Below the pieces are notes generated by a model. It had not been told where the DNA came from, ran no database searches, and saw only the letters and a program-made list of their open reading frames with translations. From a virus: a stretch of DNA of 64,000 nucleotides. The DNA lies in the IMG/VR virus record IMGVR_UViG_3300023118_000001, positions 23,407-87,406 of that record. One strand, given 5' to 3'. The position numbers and the translations under genes are program-made. Shown in pieces: positions 35,458-46,765 of this stretch (the stretch's first letter is position 1; each line of letters opens with the position of its first letter).

Positions 35458-38345
35458 GCCGTTGCGGCCTCCGTTTCGCGTTTGAAGTTGTTCATCGTGG
35501 TGCCCTTGTCCGTAAGCTTCTTGGCGTTGATGACGTACACCTCGACCTCCGGGTTCTCCGGGTGCTGCTCTATGCGGTCGAAGTAGACCTCACCCTCAAG
35601 CAGCTGGCTGAGTTGCTGGAACTGGCGGATGACGGGCATCTCGCCGATGCTTTTGGAGTAAGCGTGGTAGCGCGGCAGGCAGGACTGCAACACCAGGTAC
35701 AGCGAGTCGCCCTGACGCCAGTAATGCTTGCCTGGCAGCAGACGCATGCGCTCCTCGAAGGTCTCGTCGGCCAGGGTATTCATCGCCCCCAGCACGCGGT
35801 CCACTTCCGAGGCCGACTTGCCACGCTCGACTTCAGTGACGCGGCCGCCCAGGTAGGTGATCAGTTCACGCTCAAGGCGCTGCACTTCCTCCACGCCACC
35901 CACTTTGAACTCTTCCATGGTGTGGATCAGCATGTGCAGCCCGGTCAGGCAGCACTGCATGCCCCAACGTGGTCGGTCTTCCATGCCCTTGTGGATCAGG
36001 TCCGACTTGCTGTGCAGGATCTTCAGCAGCGCGGTAGGGGAGGTCCCCAGTGCCACGGTCACCAGCGCCCGGGCCATCCGGGTGTAGGCTGAGCGGTTCT
36101 GCACCGCGGTACGGTAGCTGTCGCGGTAGTGCTGGTTCAGCAGCGACTTGGCTTGCAGGCGAATTTCCACCGAACGGCTGCGCAGGGCAGGCGAGGTGGC
36201 CGACTGCTCACTGGTGTAAACGAGAGGGGCCGAGACCCGGTCCTCGCTCACGGTCAGCTCACGGTCGCTGCCGATCTTGCCACGCTGGATAGGTGCGTGG
36301 CTCCAGGCCGCCTTGAGGATGCCCAGGATCTGTCCGTAGCGGTTGTTGCCCAGCTGGATCGGGTTCACTTCTTCGATCAGCCGGGGCACCGTGGTGCTGC
36401 TGCTCACATACTTGGTCAGCGGGAACAGCGTGCCGACCTCCACGTTCTGCAGCTCGGCCTTGGTGTAGTCGATGCCGTTGATGTTCGCCATCAGCATGGC
36501 CAGGCAGGACTTGCCTGCACCAGCGTTGCCGTAGATGTTCATCAGGGGGAACTGAGGCTCTTCGAACTGGATGTGCTCACGGAAGTGGCACGAGACGAAC
36601 CAGCCCAGCATCATCGCTACCTGCACCGGCTCATTGACGTTGCACAGCGCTCGCATGGCGATCGCCAGCTGCTCGTCATCCGGTAGGGGGTTACTTGCGT
36701 TGATCAACGCAGGCGACTGCCGCGCATTGCCGTCGAAGCGGTACGGGCTGCGATTACCCAGGTTGGTAATGGCGTTGCCTGCCTCGACGTAGTGCGCAAT
36801 CGTGCCCTTGTCACCACGCTCCAGCACAATGCCGCAGACGTTTGCACGAATCATTTTGTCCAACTCCTTATCTTCGGCCTTGTCCCTTGAGAACTTCAGC
36901 AGGGCCACAAGCAATTTTTGGATCTCGCCGTCACCGGCAAAGACTGCAGCGTCCCGGCCCTTGACGGCCGAGATCAGGTCACGCTTGGAACTCCACGACC
37001 GCTCCGGCAGGGAGATTTCCACCACCTCGGAGCTGCCGTCGACGATCAATCTGCCGACCAACTCCTTGCGCTCGGTGTTACGCCAGCTGGTGTGCCCCTT
37101 GTCATTGGTATAGGGCTCCAACTCAAACACTTCCAGCTTGGGCCAGAAAGTAAAGTTGGTGAGCTGCCGGCTGCTGTCCTCCCCCACCAGGTAATAGCCG
37201 CTGGCATCCCAGCGAATACGCACTGCGGAGTTGAACTGGTCGACCGTCTCCTGGGTAGTCTCGCCGCTGGCCACGTCTGCACGGCAGATGGGGCACTGGC
37301 GGCAAGGGCTGCCGATGGTGGCGATCAGCGCGCCGGGGGCGAACTTGATGGAGCCACTGAAGGTGCGGTGCAGCTGACCCTGGACGTGCTTGAGGCGTTC
37401 GGTTTCGGAAGGACGGCTGCTCGACTCGACGTTCTTTACGAACGGGCGAACCAGCAACTCCATGTACTCCTTCTCCTCCGACTTGTCGTAGCGCGCAGCG
37501 ATGTAAGCAGCCAGCTGCATGGCAGCCTGGTTCCAGTTCGAGTTGCCCGAGTCACCGTCGGTGATCAGCTTCTCGATGCAGCCAGGGATGCCTTCCCATT
37601 CCCGCATGGCTTCGCGAGGCACCACGCAGGCTGCACTCATGGCCTTGACCTTGCGGCCGGCGGCAACTTTGGCAGCCTTGAGCAGCTGCTCAGCCTTGGC
37701 GAAGCTGATGTTCTTGCCAGGCTGCGGGGTGGCCAGCACAGGGCGAGGCGCAGCCACGATGGCGTGGTACTCCTCGCTGTCCATGTCAGCCAACTCGTTC
37801 GGCGTGGTGCCGACCTTGTAGGTGCCGCTGCCTGGGCGGGGAACGCCTTCGCAACGCCACATACGGCCACGGCCGCAGGAGTAAACCGACTCGTCCAGGC
37901 TGCACGGCGATTCCAAGCCGGCGCCCTTGAGGACGGTCAGCATGATCTCGCGGTAGATCATCGGCAGGAACTTCGTCGGCTTTTTAACGCCAAACACCTG
38001 AGCCGGGATCGTGATGTGTACACCCTTGCCGCCTGACAGCCAGCAGTGGATGAATTCAGCGGGGATGTCCAGCTTGTTCATCAGGTAATCGATCACCGCG
38101 TTGACGTCGGCCAGTACGTGGTCTATGTCGTCAGCGTCGTCGAAGTCAAAGTACATCGGCCCCATGTACAGCACGGTTTCGACGGCGTTCATGCCGTTTT
38201 CCGTGACGTCTTCGGGGTTTTGGTCAACCATCAGGACAGTCTTGAACGCAGGAGGACCCGGGAGATCAGCTTTCTGCAGCTGCTCCTCTGTATACATCCG
38301 CCATGGTTCCTTCTTGTCCGGTCTGAACTGAAGGAAATGATACAT
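35454..38345 (-). CDS. primase-helicase (AEP primase + P-loop ATPase)
   Basis: YFDFD, SGGKGVH, GRMWR (AEP motifs); CRQCPIC; Walker A GNAGAGKS. Confidence 0.85.
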   Translation of the reverse strand: MYHFLQFRPDKKEPWRMYTEEQLQKADLPGPPAFKTVLMVDQNPEDVTENGMNAVETVLYMGPMYFDFDDADDIDHVLADVNAVIDYLMNKLDIPAEFIHCWLSGGKGVHITIPAQVFGVKKPTKFLPMIYREIMLTVLKGAGLESPCSLDESVYSCGRGRMWRCEGVPRPGSGTYKVGTTPNELADMDSEEYHAIVAAPRPVLATPQPGKNISFAKAEQLLKAAKVAAGRKVKAMSAACVVPREAMREWEGIPGCIEKLITDGDSGNSNWNQAAMQLAAYIAARYDKSEEKEYMELLVRPFVKNVESSSRPSETERLKHVQGQLHRTFSGSIKFAPGALIATIGSPCRQCPICRADVASGETTQETVDQFNSAVRIRWDASGYYLVGEDSSRQLTNFTFWPKLEVFELEPYTNDKGHTSWRNTERKELVGRLIVDGSSEVVEISLPERSWSSKRDLISAVKGRDAAVFAGDGEIQKLLVALLKFSRDKAEDKELDKMIRANVCGIVLERGDKGTIAHYVEAGNAITNLGNRSPYRFDGNARQSPALINASNPLPDDEQLAIAMRALCNVNEPVQVAMMLGWFVSCHFREHIQFEEPQFPLMNIYGNAGAGKSCLAMLMANINGIDYTKAELQNVEVGTLFPLTKYVSSSTTVPRLIEEVNPIQLGNNRYGQILGILKAAWSHAPIQRGKIGSDRELTVSEDRVSAPLVYTSEQSATSPALRSRSVEIRLQAKSLLNQHYRDSYRTAVQNRSAYTRMARALVTVALGTSPTALLKILHSKSDLIHKGMEDRPRWGMQCCLTGLHMLIHTMEEFKVGGVEEVQRLERELITYLGGRVTEVERGKSASEVDRVLGAMNTLADETFEERMRLLPGKHYWRQGDSLYLVLQSCLPRYHAYSKSIGEMPVIRQFQQLSQLLEGEVYFDRIEQHPENPEVEVYVINAKKLTDKGTTMNNFKRETEAATA

Positions 38346-38348
38346 GGC

Positions 38349-38624
38349 TTAATCCTTGGTCATGGCTGCCTGAGTGAGTCGTTTGACCAGGGTACGGCCG
38401 TCCTTATTGAAGGCGCTGAAGTCCTCGAGGTTGACCAGGCCACGGCGGGCCAGGGCGTCCTTGAACAGGGTGATGTTGTAGACCGGGTCCATCTCAACGG
38501 CGCCCCCAATTTCCAGCGCGTTGTAGAGTTCAGCCAATTTTCCGTAGTCGATTGAGGTCCTCGGCGAGCGACCTTCTTCTGGAACGACTTTCATGTGCGG
38601 CTCCTGTGGCTGGGTGTAGTTCAA
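38349..38624 (-). CDS. small hypothetical (possible DNA-binding) protein
   Basis: coupled between helicase and primase; start uncertain (38594 or 38624). Confidence 0.55.
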   Translation of the reverse strand: MNYTQPQEPHMKVVPEEGRSPRTSIDYGKLAELYNALEIGGAVEMDPVYNITLFKDALARRGLVNLEDFSAFNKDGRTLVKRLTQAAMTKD

Positions 38625-39958
38625 GCCTTGAAACCCAGCTTGTTGATGATCAATTCTTCGCGTGGCCGGCTAAACGCCACGTACAAAAGCCGCTGCCGTT
38701 CACTGCGCAGAGGGTTCTCCAGCAGATCTTTGACATCGACCATGACGCGTTTGAATGTGCTGCCCTGGCTGCGATGGACCGTGATGCAGTAGCAATACTT
38801 CAGGTCGGCAAACAGGTCCTTGAACTGGTGAAGCTGCTTCCACACCCAGCTGGCGTTGCCACCCTTCTCCTTAATCCCTAGGGCTTTCTCGGTCAGCTTG
38901 TTGGTGTGTTGACGATAGCGCTCAAACTCGTCTTCGTGAAGGACGTGGGCAAAAACTTGAGCGACGTCAGCATACACAGGATGCAGGGTCAGCAGCCACG
39001 TCTTCCACTTGGTGCTGCTGTTCTCGTCGAACATGTAACTTTCCGACACCGCAGCTACGATGGACTCCTCGTCCGTCGCCAGCACGGTCTCGCCTTCCTT
39101 CTGGATCGGGCTGCCCAGCACCAGGCGCTCACCGACTTCGAAGCGTTTGGCCTCGCTGCCGTATATTTTGGCGCGAATGGCGTTGTTGATATCGTTGACC
39201 CGGTAGTTGCGCCAAGCCAGGACCCGGACGTCTTCCAGGTCTGTGGTCAGATCGAACTGCTCGACCACCGCCTTGAGGAAATCACCGGGGCGCAGCAGCG
39301 TCACGTTGTGCTCAGGCTTGAAGTCGAAGTTGTAGGTGGTGTTGTTCTTGATCGCCTCACGCAGTGGGTGGGTGATCTGCAGGATGCCGTTGGGCGTCCC
39401 GTCAGGGTTGTTCTGCTGGCGCTCGACCTGGGTCAGCTCAGCGGTGGGGAACAGGGTGAAGGCCAGCGACTGCTTCTCCTTCACCGGCGGCAGCTGCATG
39501 TTGTCGCCCATCAGGAGGCAGAACACCTTGGCGTTCTCCATCTCGGGGATCATGTAGTTGAACAGGAACACCTCACCCAGCATGGAGGCTTCGTCGCAGA
39601 CCACCATGTCGTAGTCGCCGACGACGCTTTCACGCACCTGGGCGGCGTACTTCTTCTCGTCGGTGGGCATCAGCGACAGGCCGAGGGCGCTGTGAGCGGT
39701 GCGAAAGCCCATCTTGTCCATGTTCAGGCCGTAAGCCCGGGCAGCCTTCTCCAGCTGCTTGACGGCCTTGTTGGTCGGCGCCATGAACAGAACTTTCTGC
39801 TCGTCTTCGATCATCAGTTTGGCGATCTCCATCACGGAGAACGTCTTGCCGGTGCCGCCTTCACCGATGATGGTGTAGCCTGGCGCACCCTCTTCGTAGG
39901 CGTCCAGTGCGCCGTTCACGGCAATGGTCTGGCCAGTGTTTAGTCCCATGGTTGTCAC
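38621..39958 (-). CDS. Dda/RecD-like SF1B helicase
   Basis: GEGGTGKT, APTNKA, DEASM, GD..QLPPV, TVHRSQGSTF, LYVAFSR. Confidence 0.92.
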   Translation of the reverse strand: MTTMGLNTGQTIAVNGALDAYEEGAPGYTIIGEGGTGKTFSVMEIAKLMIEDEQKVLFMAPTNKAVKQLEKAARAYGLNMDKMGFRTAHSALGLSLMPTDEKKYAAQVRESVVGDYDMVVCDEASMLGEVFLFNYMIPEMENAKVFCLLMGDNMQLPPVKEKQSLAFTLFPTAELTQVERQQNNPDGTPNGILQITHPLREAIKNNTTYNFDFKPEHNVTLLRPGDFLKAVVEQFDLTTDLEDVRVLAWRNYRVNDINNAIRAKIYGSEAKRFEVGERLVLGSPIQKEGETVLATDEESIVAAVSESYMFDENSSTKWKTWLLTLHPVYADVAQVFAHVLHEDEFERYRQHTNKLTEKALGIKEKGGNASWVWKQLHQFKDLFADLKYCYCITVHRSQGSTFKRVMVDVKDLLENPLRSERQRLLYVAFSRPREELIINKLGFKA

Positions 39959-40009
39959 CTTATATGCTTATATGCTTATAGGATGGGCACGATAAAGAAC
40001 CGTGCCCAT
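39959..40009. promoter_or_regulatory. intergenic tandem repeat plus hairpin
   Basis: (CTTATATG)x2.5 next to stem ATGGGCACG/CGTGCCCAT, directly upstream of the helicase gene. Confidence 0.5.
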
Positions 40010-40013
40010 TTGG

Positions 40014-40340
40014 TCAATGCTTGCGGGAAAAAATATCCACTACGGTAGTGCTTGACGGGGGCCGCATTGGCATGCCAAGCCGAGGGAACTCTCGAATGTG
40101 CAGGCACAGTCCAAATCGGTGCACCAGCTCCTCCTTTGGTAGCTTCTCGGCGAACAGCTTGCTGAACGCGATGTAGCCTTCACGCAACTGGTCGACGGTG
40201 AACGACTCGATGCCCTCAGGTGTGAGGTACACCTCCAGCACCGCGAGGTAGGCTTCGATCAGCGTTCGCTGAGCATTGATGTCCCCCGTGTCACCACGGT
40301 CGCGGCCTAACATCAGCAGCTGGGTTTTTAGTTTTTCCAC
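40014..40340 (-). CDS. hypothetical protein
   Basis: AAGGAG RBS, GTG start. Confidence 0.6.
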   Translation of the reverse strand: MEKLKTQLLMLGRDRGDTGDINAQRTLIEAYLAVLEVYLTPEGIESFTVDQLREGYIAFSKLFAEKLPKEELVHRFGLCLHIREFPRLGMPMRPPSSTTVVDIFSRKH

Positions 40341-40376
40341 GGTAGCTCCTTCAGGGCCTAGGGCCGGTGTTTCGGG

Positions 40377-41174
40377 TTAGTTCGGGATGCCGGTCAGCAG
40401 CATTTCTTTGGCGCGGTTCACCAGCGCTGGGTCTGCCACCTGCTTGGTGTTGCGGACCTTCTTGGTAAATTCCTGCGGCAGGAACTGCACGGCTTCAGGG
40501 AACTGGTCTTCCAGCTGCTTCAGCGTGCGCACCGAGGTGAGGATGGTGGTCAGGTCGTCGAACATATCACCGCCGGCCTTGATCACGTCCATGAAGGCGT
40601 TCATCAGGCGGCTCACGTCCTTGCTCAGGTGGAACGCTGAGTCGGAGTAGGGCAGGCGCGGGTCGTTGATGAACTTGTCCAGCACGTCAGGGTGGAAGAC
40701 ACGGTCCAGGCCCTTGACGCTTGGCAGGTCCGGGTGGCTGCACTTCCAGTAGTAGGACACGTCGTAGCTGCCGACATAGAGGACAGTGAAGTTCAGGAAC
40801 CCGCCCCACTCAGCGGACACCGCCTTGCGAACCGCGTGCCACTTTTTGGCGTCCGCTTCGCGCAGTTTGGTGGAAGTGGAGTAGGAGATGGTAACCCTGC
40901 CCAGCGGGGTATGGAGGGTTGAATTGTCCGACTCGCGCAGGGTGACCATCTGGATGTCGCCCTTCATACTGTTGAAGACGCCCTCCTGAATCAGGTCAGC
41001 CCAGCGTTCCTGCGGCACCTCGGGGATGACCTGCTGGATGTGCTTGGCGAACAGCTGGCGCCACAGCTTGTTCAGCGCCTTGGCTGCCTTGGTGGTCGAC
41101 GATGCCTGGCGCTTGGAAGCATGGCGGATCATCGAGTGGATCAGGTCGTCTTTGATTGCTTGGGTAATGTTCAT
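40377..41174 (-). CDS. Nmad5-like (nucleotide modification-associated domain 5) protein
   Basis: C-terminal L.SVRTLKQLEDQFPEAVQFLP motif; true start MNITQ at 41174 coupled to upstream stop. Confidence 0.65.
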   Translation of the reverse strand: MNITQAIKDDLIHSMIRHASKRQASSTTKAAKALNKLWRQLFAKHIQQVIPEVPQERWADLIQEGVFNSMKGDIQMVTLRESDNSTLHTPLGRVTISYSTSTKLREADAKKWHAVRKAVSAEWGGFLNFTVLYVGSYDVSYYWKCSHPDLPSVKGLDRVFHPDVLDKFINDPRLPYSDSAFHLSKDVSRLMNAFMDVIKAGGDMFDDLTTILTSVRTLKQLEDQFPEAVQFLPQEFTKKVRNTKQVADPALVNRAKEMLLTGIPN

Positions 41175-41542
41175 TCGAGTCCCTTGTAGACGGTGTTGAA
41201 GTGGTTGGTGAGGACGGTGTACAGCTTGTCCGGTTGGGTGACGCCCAGCTTGTGGCAGATCTGAGCCTTCTCTTCGTCGGTCCAGATCGCCATCAGCAGC
41301 TTCTCGCTGGGCACCTCCCACATCGCGCCGGGGGTGTACAGCATGGCGAAGTTCATCGACTTGCCCACGTTGTTGCGCTGGGGCTTGGTTACGCTGCTGT
41401 AGGGAATGCGCATCATCACCGCGGTGGTGATGGTGTGGATGTCCAGCAGCGCGCTGGTCGGCTTGAACGGAGTGTCCCCGTGCTTGGCCATGTGATCGAG
41501 GACGCGCTGCTCCAGGGATGCGTAGTCGGTGGGTTCGTTCAC
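41171..41542 (-). CDS. mini family-A polymerase fragment (motif A + fingers O-helix only)
   Basis: DYASLEQRVLDHM and DIHTITTAVMMRIPYSSVTKPQRNNVGKSMNFAMLY; GGAG RBS, GTGA-coupled. Confidence 0.7.
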   Translation of the reverse strand: MNEPTDYASLEQRVLDHMAKHGDTPFKPTSALLDIHTITTAVMMRIPYSSVTKPQRNNVGKSMNFAMLYTPGAMWEVPSEKLLMAIWTDEEKAQICHKLGVTQPDKLYTVLTNHFNTVYKGLE

Positions 41543-41973
41543 TTGTGTGCTCCAGGATCTTTGACGTGTTCGTCAAACAGTTTCTTGTGGCGGCGGGCGA
41601 ACCGCGCCGTGTGGGCGATGGCGTACAGCAGTGCTGCAGCCAGCGGGATCGGGTAGAACTTGATGGCCAGGTAGATGGCGGCCGGCGCGCAGAAGATCAG
41701 GAACACCGTCTGCATGGCCAGGTCATACTTGTCCTTGTTGTGGCCCTTGCCGTTGATGAAGCGGTACTCGCTGTCGCCATCTGGCTTGTAGCCAAGCAGC
41801 CGGGCCACGAACAAGAGCATCGGGCTGAACCCCTTGTGCTCCTTGTCATCGACCCAGGCCAGTGCCGAAGCGACCAGCTTTGACAGTGGGAACATCAGCC
41901 CATAGACCACGCCCAGCGCGAGGCCCAAAAACAGCAGGGCAAAGAACTTTTGGATGACGTCGAGTTCATTCAC
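41539..41973 (-). CDS. membrane protein
   Basis: several hydrophobic segments; AAGGAG RBS. Confidence 0.65.
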   Translation of the reverse strand: MNELDVIQKFFALLFLGLALGVVYGLMFPLSKLVASALAWVDDKEHKGFSPMLLFVARLLGYKPDGDSEYRFINGKGHNKDKYDLAMQTVFLIFCAPAAIYLAIKFYPIPLAAALLYAIAHTARFARRHKKLFDEHVKDPGAHK

Positions 41974-44900
41974 TTCAGGTACTCCTTACGAATGCGCCGC
42001 AGCGCGGTGGCATGGCTCAGGCCGGGCCAGCCGTACAGCCTGGCCTTGCCGTCGTCCATGATGTAGATGTACTCGGTCCAGGTGTACGGATCGTTCAGGC
42101 TCAGCGCTCTGTCAACGCGCCTGGCGATCCGTAACCGGGTCGTATCGTTGCTACCCGCTGACAGCAGTTCAAACATCCCGCGCTGCGCCAGCGGCGTGAA
42201 GGTCACCGACGGGAAGCGCGGGTCCTTGGCGAACTCGATCAGATCCGTGTACCGCACCGAGCGTTTCTTTTCCCAGGTAAACAGCTGCGCTTCCAAAGCC
42301 TTACGATGCTTTATTGATGTTGCTTCAAGCAGCGACTGACCCGGTCTGGCCGGCCAGGTAAGCTGCAATATCGTATTCACGTTCACGCTGCTGATCCTCG
42401 GTCCGCTTAGGGACAAACACCCACGCCTGTACAAAGGCGCCTTCGTTGATGGTCATCACCTCGGGGTTGTCGTCCAGTGCAACGACGTGACTGACCCCTT
42501 CGGCGATCCCTACCGCCCGCTCTCTGGCGTCGGCGATTTCCAGCTTGTTGCGCATCTGGCGCAGGTTCAGCTTGAACAGCTTGTTGATCGGGAACCGCTG
42601 GCCCAGGTCCTGCAGGTGCTGCAGGTCCTGGTCCGACCACTCACCTTTGGGGCGAGTGAAATCCACGAAGAACTTGCCCAGGCGGGACCGCCAGTGTTGC
42701 GGTTCCGCCTGCATCAGTTTCATCAAGGCCAGGCACTGGTCCACGGACATCTCACCGCAGCGGGTGACCGGCACGATGCGGTAGGTGCCCAGCTTTTCCG
42801 GCAGGGCGCGCACCTCGGCGTACTCGACGGCCTGTTCCTCGCTGCTGAACTTCGGCCCCGGTGCCCAGTAGCCGCGCTTGCGCCACTGCACCTGGTGGGT
42901 GAAGGGTTTGAATGCTTTCGGCATGACTACTCCCCGAACAATTCCAGCAGGTTGTCCAGCGGTGCGTTGAGGTCCACTCCCCACAGCAGTGACTTGCTGG
43001 CTCCGGTGGCGAACACATGCTGTAGGGCGAACATCAGGCTGCGCAGTGCTGCCTCATGCTCGGGGTTCATGCCGGCCGGCGTCTTCTGATCGAGCAGCTT
43101 CTGCGCCTTGTCCCGCTCGAGCCAGATGATGAAAGCCATCTTCTGCATGCGAGGGTTGCCGGTCAGTACCGAGCCGTGATCCAGGTCAACCTGCGTCACG
43201 AAGGACACGCGGTTACCTCCACCTTGCCGCTTCGACAAGGTCTGGAAGTCCGACATGCATTGGTCAAGTGCCTGGAGATCCAGGTCATGGTCGCTCATGA
43301 CCATGTTTTGAATTGATACACCCATGGGGCACCTCAGATAACAAGTACAGGTTTGGCGGTGTCACCGTCGAAGCCGGCGCCGAGGGCCAGCACCAGGTCG
43401 ATGGCACGTTCGCAGGCGTCTTCGTCGGTCAGCGGTACGGCTGACTCGATGACGACGTAGTGGTTGAAGTGGTGGTAGCCAGGTCGTACTGGCCGGGGGT
43501 TCAAGAACTTGACCACCTTGGTCACCACCACCTGCTCAAACTCCCAGCAGCGCATGTTGTGGAAGTGGCCGCCGTAGTGGTGGTTGTCGCTGTGCAGGTG
43601 GTAGTCCTCAGGATCGAACCCCGCCTCCACCATGCGCCACTCTTCCCCGGTGTCGTCGTTCGGGTGGGAAAAAGTAAGTTCACCGTCGCCCGGATCAGTG
43701 AACACCACGCGGTAGTCCACACACTTGGGTGTGCCACGGTAAACGTGCAGGCCTTCGGCGAGCAGCGTTTTGATCTGTTCAATCTGTAGCATTCTTCACC
43801 GCCTGCATGTCAACGATCAGTTGGTCGATAGGGTTGCGTGGCTCACCTTCAGCCGTTGGCAGCCCACGGGTCACCTGCATCTCACGGAGCAGGTGCGGCT
43901 GATCAGGCGATGACAAGACGTACAGCAACTTCTTCAGCGCCTCCCGGTCTACCGGGCAGATGGTCTGGAAGTAGCCTTGACGCTGCAGCGCGTGGAACAG
44001 GGCCAGCACAAGCGCGTCAGAGACGGCTTCGTTATCCCCTACGCGCTTGATCAGCTCTGCCATCAGCGTGGTGTTGGTGACCTCGTCGTTCACCTCCCAC
44101 ACGTCCTTGATCCGCCCGTTCTTCAGCATCTCGATCAGGCTTTCTCGGGTCCGCTCGCTGACCTTACTGCCTTCGCAGAGCCGTTCCAGCAGCCGGTCAC
44201 CCAGCAGCGCGGTCGGTGCGTTCTCGCTGTTCTTGCGCCGCTCCTGCAGCTCGTCGCACAGGAGGATGACGTCGCCGAAGCCATACGTTTGATCGTTGTC
44301 TTCGGCCGCCGCGCGGATGGCGGCGATGTGTTTGTCACTGAGTCTTGGCATTGTCCTCTCCCGGTACAATTCCACAGGTGCAGCGCGCCGTGTACTTCTT
44401 GACGGCGACGTTGGCCGACACACTGGCCGACTGCTTGCGGATCTTTCCGTTGGCGATGCACACGCAGACCGTCTCGAAGACGTCGCGCATGATTTCGTTT
44501 TTGGTCTTGGGGATGGCGAACGCTCGGCGCTCACCCTCGTAGGTGGCTTCCATCCCGAAGCGCTCACCCTTGGACGGGTCGATCATCCGCCAGCCGGTGA
44601 AGTCCTCGTCGCGGTAGGCGTGGATGAACACCAGGCTGCCTTCAGGCACCGGCCGACCAGACTCGATGATCCGCCAGCCTGGTGGTGGTGGTGGCACATC
44701 CAGCACTGGGCCGGCTCGCATGGTGCGGTAGCGAGCGTAGGCCTTGTTGCGATCACGTTCGCTACCGTGCTCCACCCACTCCCACACCGGGCGGCCATTG
44801 CTGACCATGCTGCGGCCAAAACTGCGCATCTGCTGGCGCACCATCAGCACGCCCTTGACGTACTTCTCGTCGCCTTCCTTCAGCTTGCGAGGCGGTGAGC

Positions 44901-46765
44901 CCCGGCGCGCGGTGTAGGTGATGCTGTCAATTCGTGGTTCTATCATGCAGCGCGCTCCCGCAGAGGCTTCAAGCCTCTGGTGCAGAACCCCAGTCGTCTG
45001 AGGTTTTTGGCGATCTTGTTGGCTTTTTTCCACAGCAGGTCCTTTGCTTCGCGCAACGCTGCCGGCTGGAACTCCGGGTGGTACGTGCCGCAGACCTGCA
45101 CCGTGAAGTGCCCAGGCTCCTGGATCTTGGCGTACAGGTCATAGACCTTGAAATACTGGTTCAGCAGTTCGCCAATCAACTTATGCTGTCTTAACGTCAC
45201 CATCGACGGCCTCCTTGACCAGCACACGGATGTCCCGGCCAGTGATGGTGACGTCACGGCCACGCAGCTTGGAGGTCACGCGGTACTTGTCGGCGCGCTC
45301 GTCGTAGCTGATGACCCGGCCCTTGTCCTGCACGCCGCGGATGTCCCAGGTGACTACCTGGCCCACCTCGATGTCCGGCACCGGGTGGCCGGCACTCTTC
45401 AGGGCGATGTCGATCGCCTTGCGGAAGTTGCGGGCCGACAGGTTGAACATCTCTGTCGACTGTTTCTCCAGCGTGGCGACCTGCTCAGCGCTGAGCACCA
45501 CACCTTTATGGATCAGTTGGAGCATGGCGTACCCTCCAGGTCTGCAATTTTCTGAGTGAGGTCGTCGATCTCTTCGCAGATCTCGTCGTACTCGCCTTCG
45601 CCTGTGTCACCGGTCATGGTGCCGTGCTGGTCGGCACGCTCCTGCAGATGGCTGCGGCGTTCACGCAGCTGCTCAGCCATCATCTCGCCGACCTTGGTTT
45701 CAGGCAGTTCGATAGCCTTCGGTGCGCACTCGGTGCACGCCACTTCAATCGGCTGCCCTTCGTGGTCCTTGTCGGTGGTGGTCAGGACCTTGGTGCCTTC
45801 ACAGGCCGCGCAGACGCCGAACATCTGGTCCAACAAAGCGACCTGCTCCGGCGTTGCCGTGGCGCTGAAGGTCGCCGTGCCTGGCGTACCCATGCCGCGC
45901 AGCTTGTCCAGCGCCTCGGTGTTGCGGTAGGTCTCGGTCATCGTGCCGCTCACCTCGTACTTGCCCAGGTCGATCTTGCTGATCTGCATCTGCGCGCCAA
46001 GCATGGCGCTCAGGAAATTGCCGACGCCGACCTTGCGGTGCACCAGGTGATACAGCGCGGCGTGGGCAATCTTCTTCACCACACCGCTCTGCAGGGTCAC
46101 CACGTTGCTGGTGGTCAGGCGGTTACCGGCGTGGCGGATGTTCGCCTTGGTGTCGAAGCCGGTGCTCAGTTCGCTGATCGCCAGCGGAGCGTTGAAGCCC
46201 TTGGCGTGGCCAGCTTCGATGTGCAGGGCGAACTCCAGGTCCATGCCACCGATGTTCTGCTTCCATTGGTGGTAGCAGGGTGCGTCTACCAGGCCTGCCA
46301 GAGTGCGGACCTGAACTACTGATTGCGCTTTCATACCCATTCCTTACTGTCCATCCAGCGGTTGATGTCGTACTTCATGGAGGGGGAGACCTTGTGGTCA
46401 TCGAGGGCGGCTGCCATCCAGTCACCGACCAGCGCGTCTTCCTTGGTGGCGGTCGCGGTCTTGGCCGGCACGCCGAGGATCTCGACCTTGGTGATACGGC
46501 TGCGGTTGGTCTTGCGGTTGTTGATTACAGCCTGCCAACTGGCACGAACCTGCATGGCGAACTCAAGGTTCGGCGCAGTTTCAAAGGTCGTTTCGCCGTT
46601 GGCCTGGGTCAGCTGAACCCCGAGGGGCTCAGTGATCTCGACGTTGCACAGCGCTGACTGGCTGTGCCACCACTCGGCATGCGTCTTGGCCCGCTTGATG
46701 TCGGTGAACCACTCGACGTGGCCCGGCAGGTTGCCGTTGGTATTGTTTGCGGTGACCTTGATCAT
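41970..46765 (-). other. run of coupled hypothetical genes (about 41970-42296, 42325-42924, 42927-43325, 43334-43792, 43779-44351, 44335-44946, 44943-45203, 45181-45525, 45513-46340, 46331-46765)
   Basis: overlapping start/stop codons and RBSs on - strand; no recognisable motifs except a CxxC..CxxC in 45513-46340. Confidence 0.6.

Noticed and set aside
24630-41174. Hypermodified-base pathway (dZ, 7-deazaguanine, hmU)
   Set aside because: No PurZ, Que/Dpd, hydroxymethylase or transferase motifs seen; ThyX and dNMP kinase fit normal dTTP supply
40377-41576. Single 399-aa ORF as in the track
   Set aside because: The 5' part overlaps the mini-PolA ORF in another frame; a coupled ATG at 41174 is the better start
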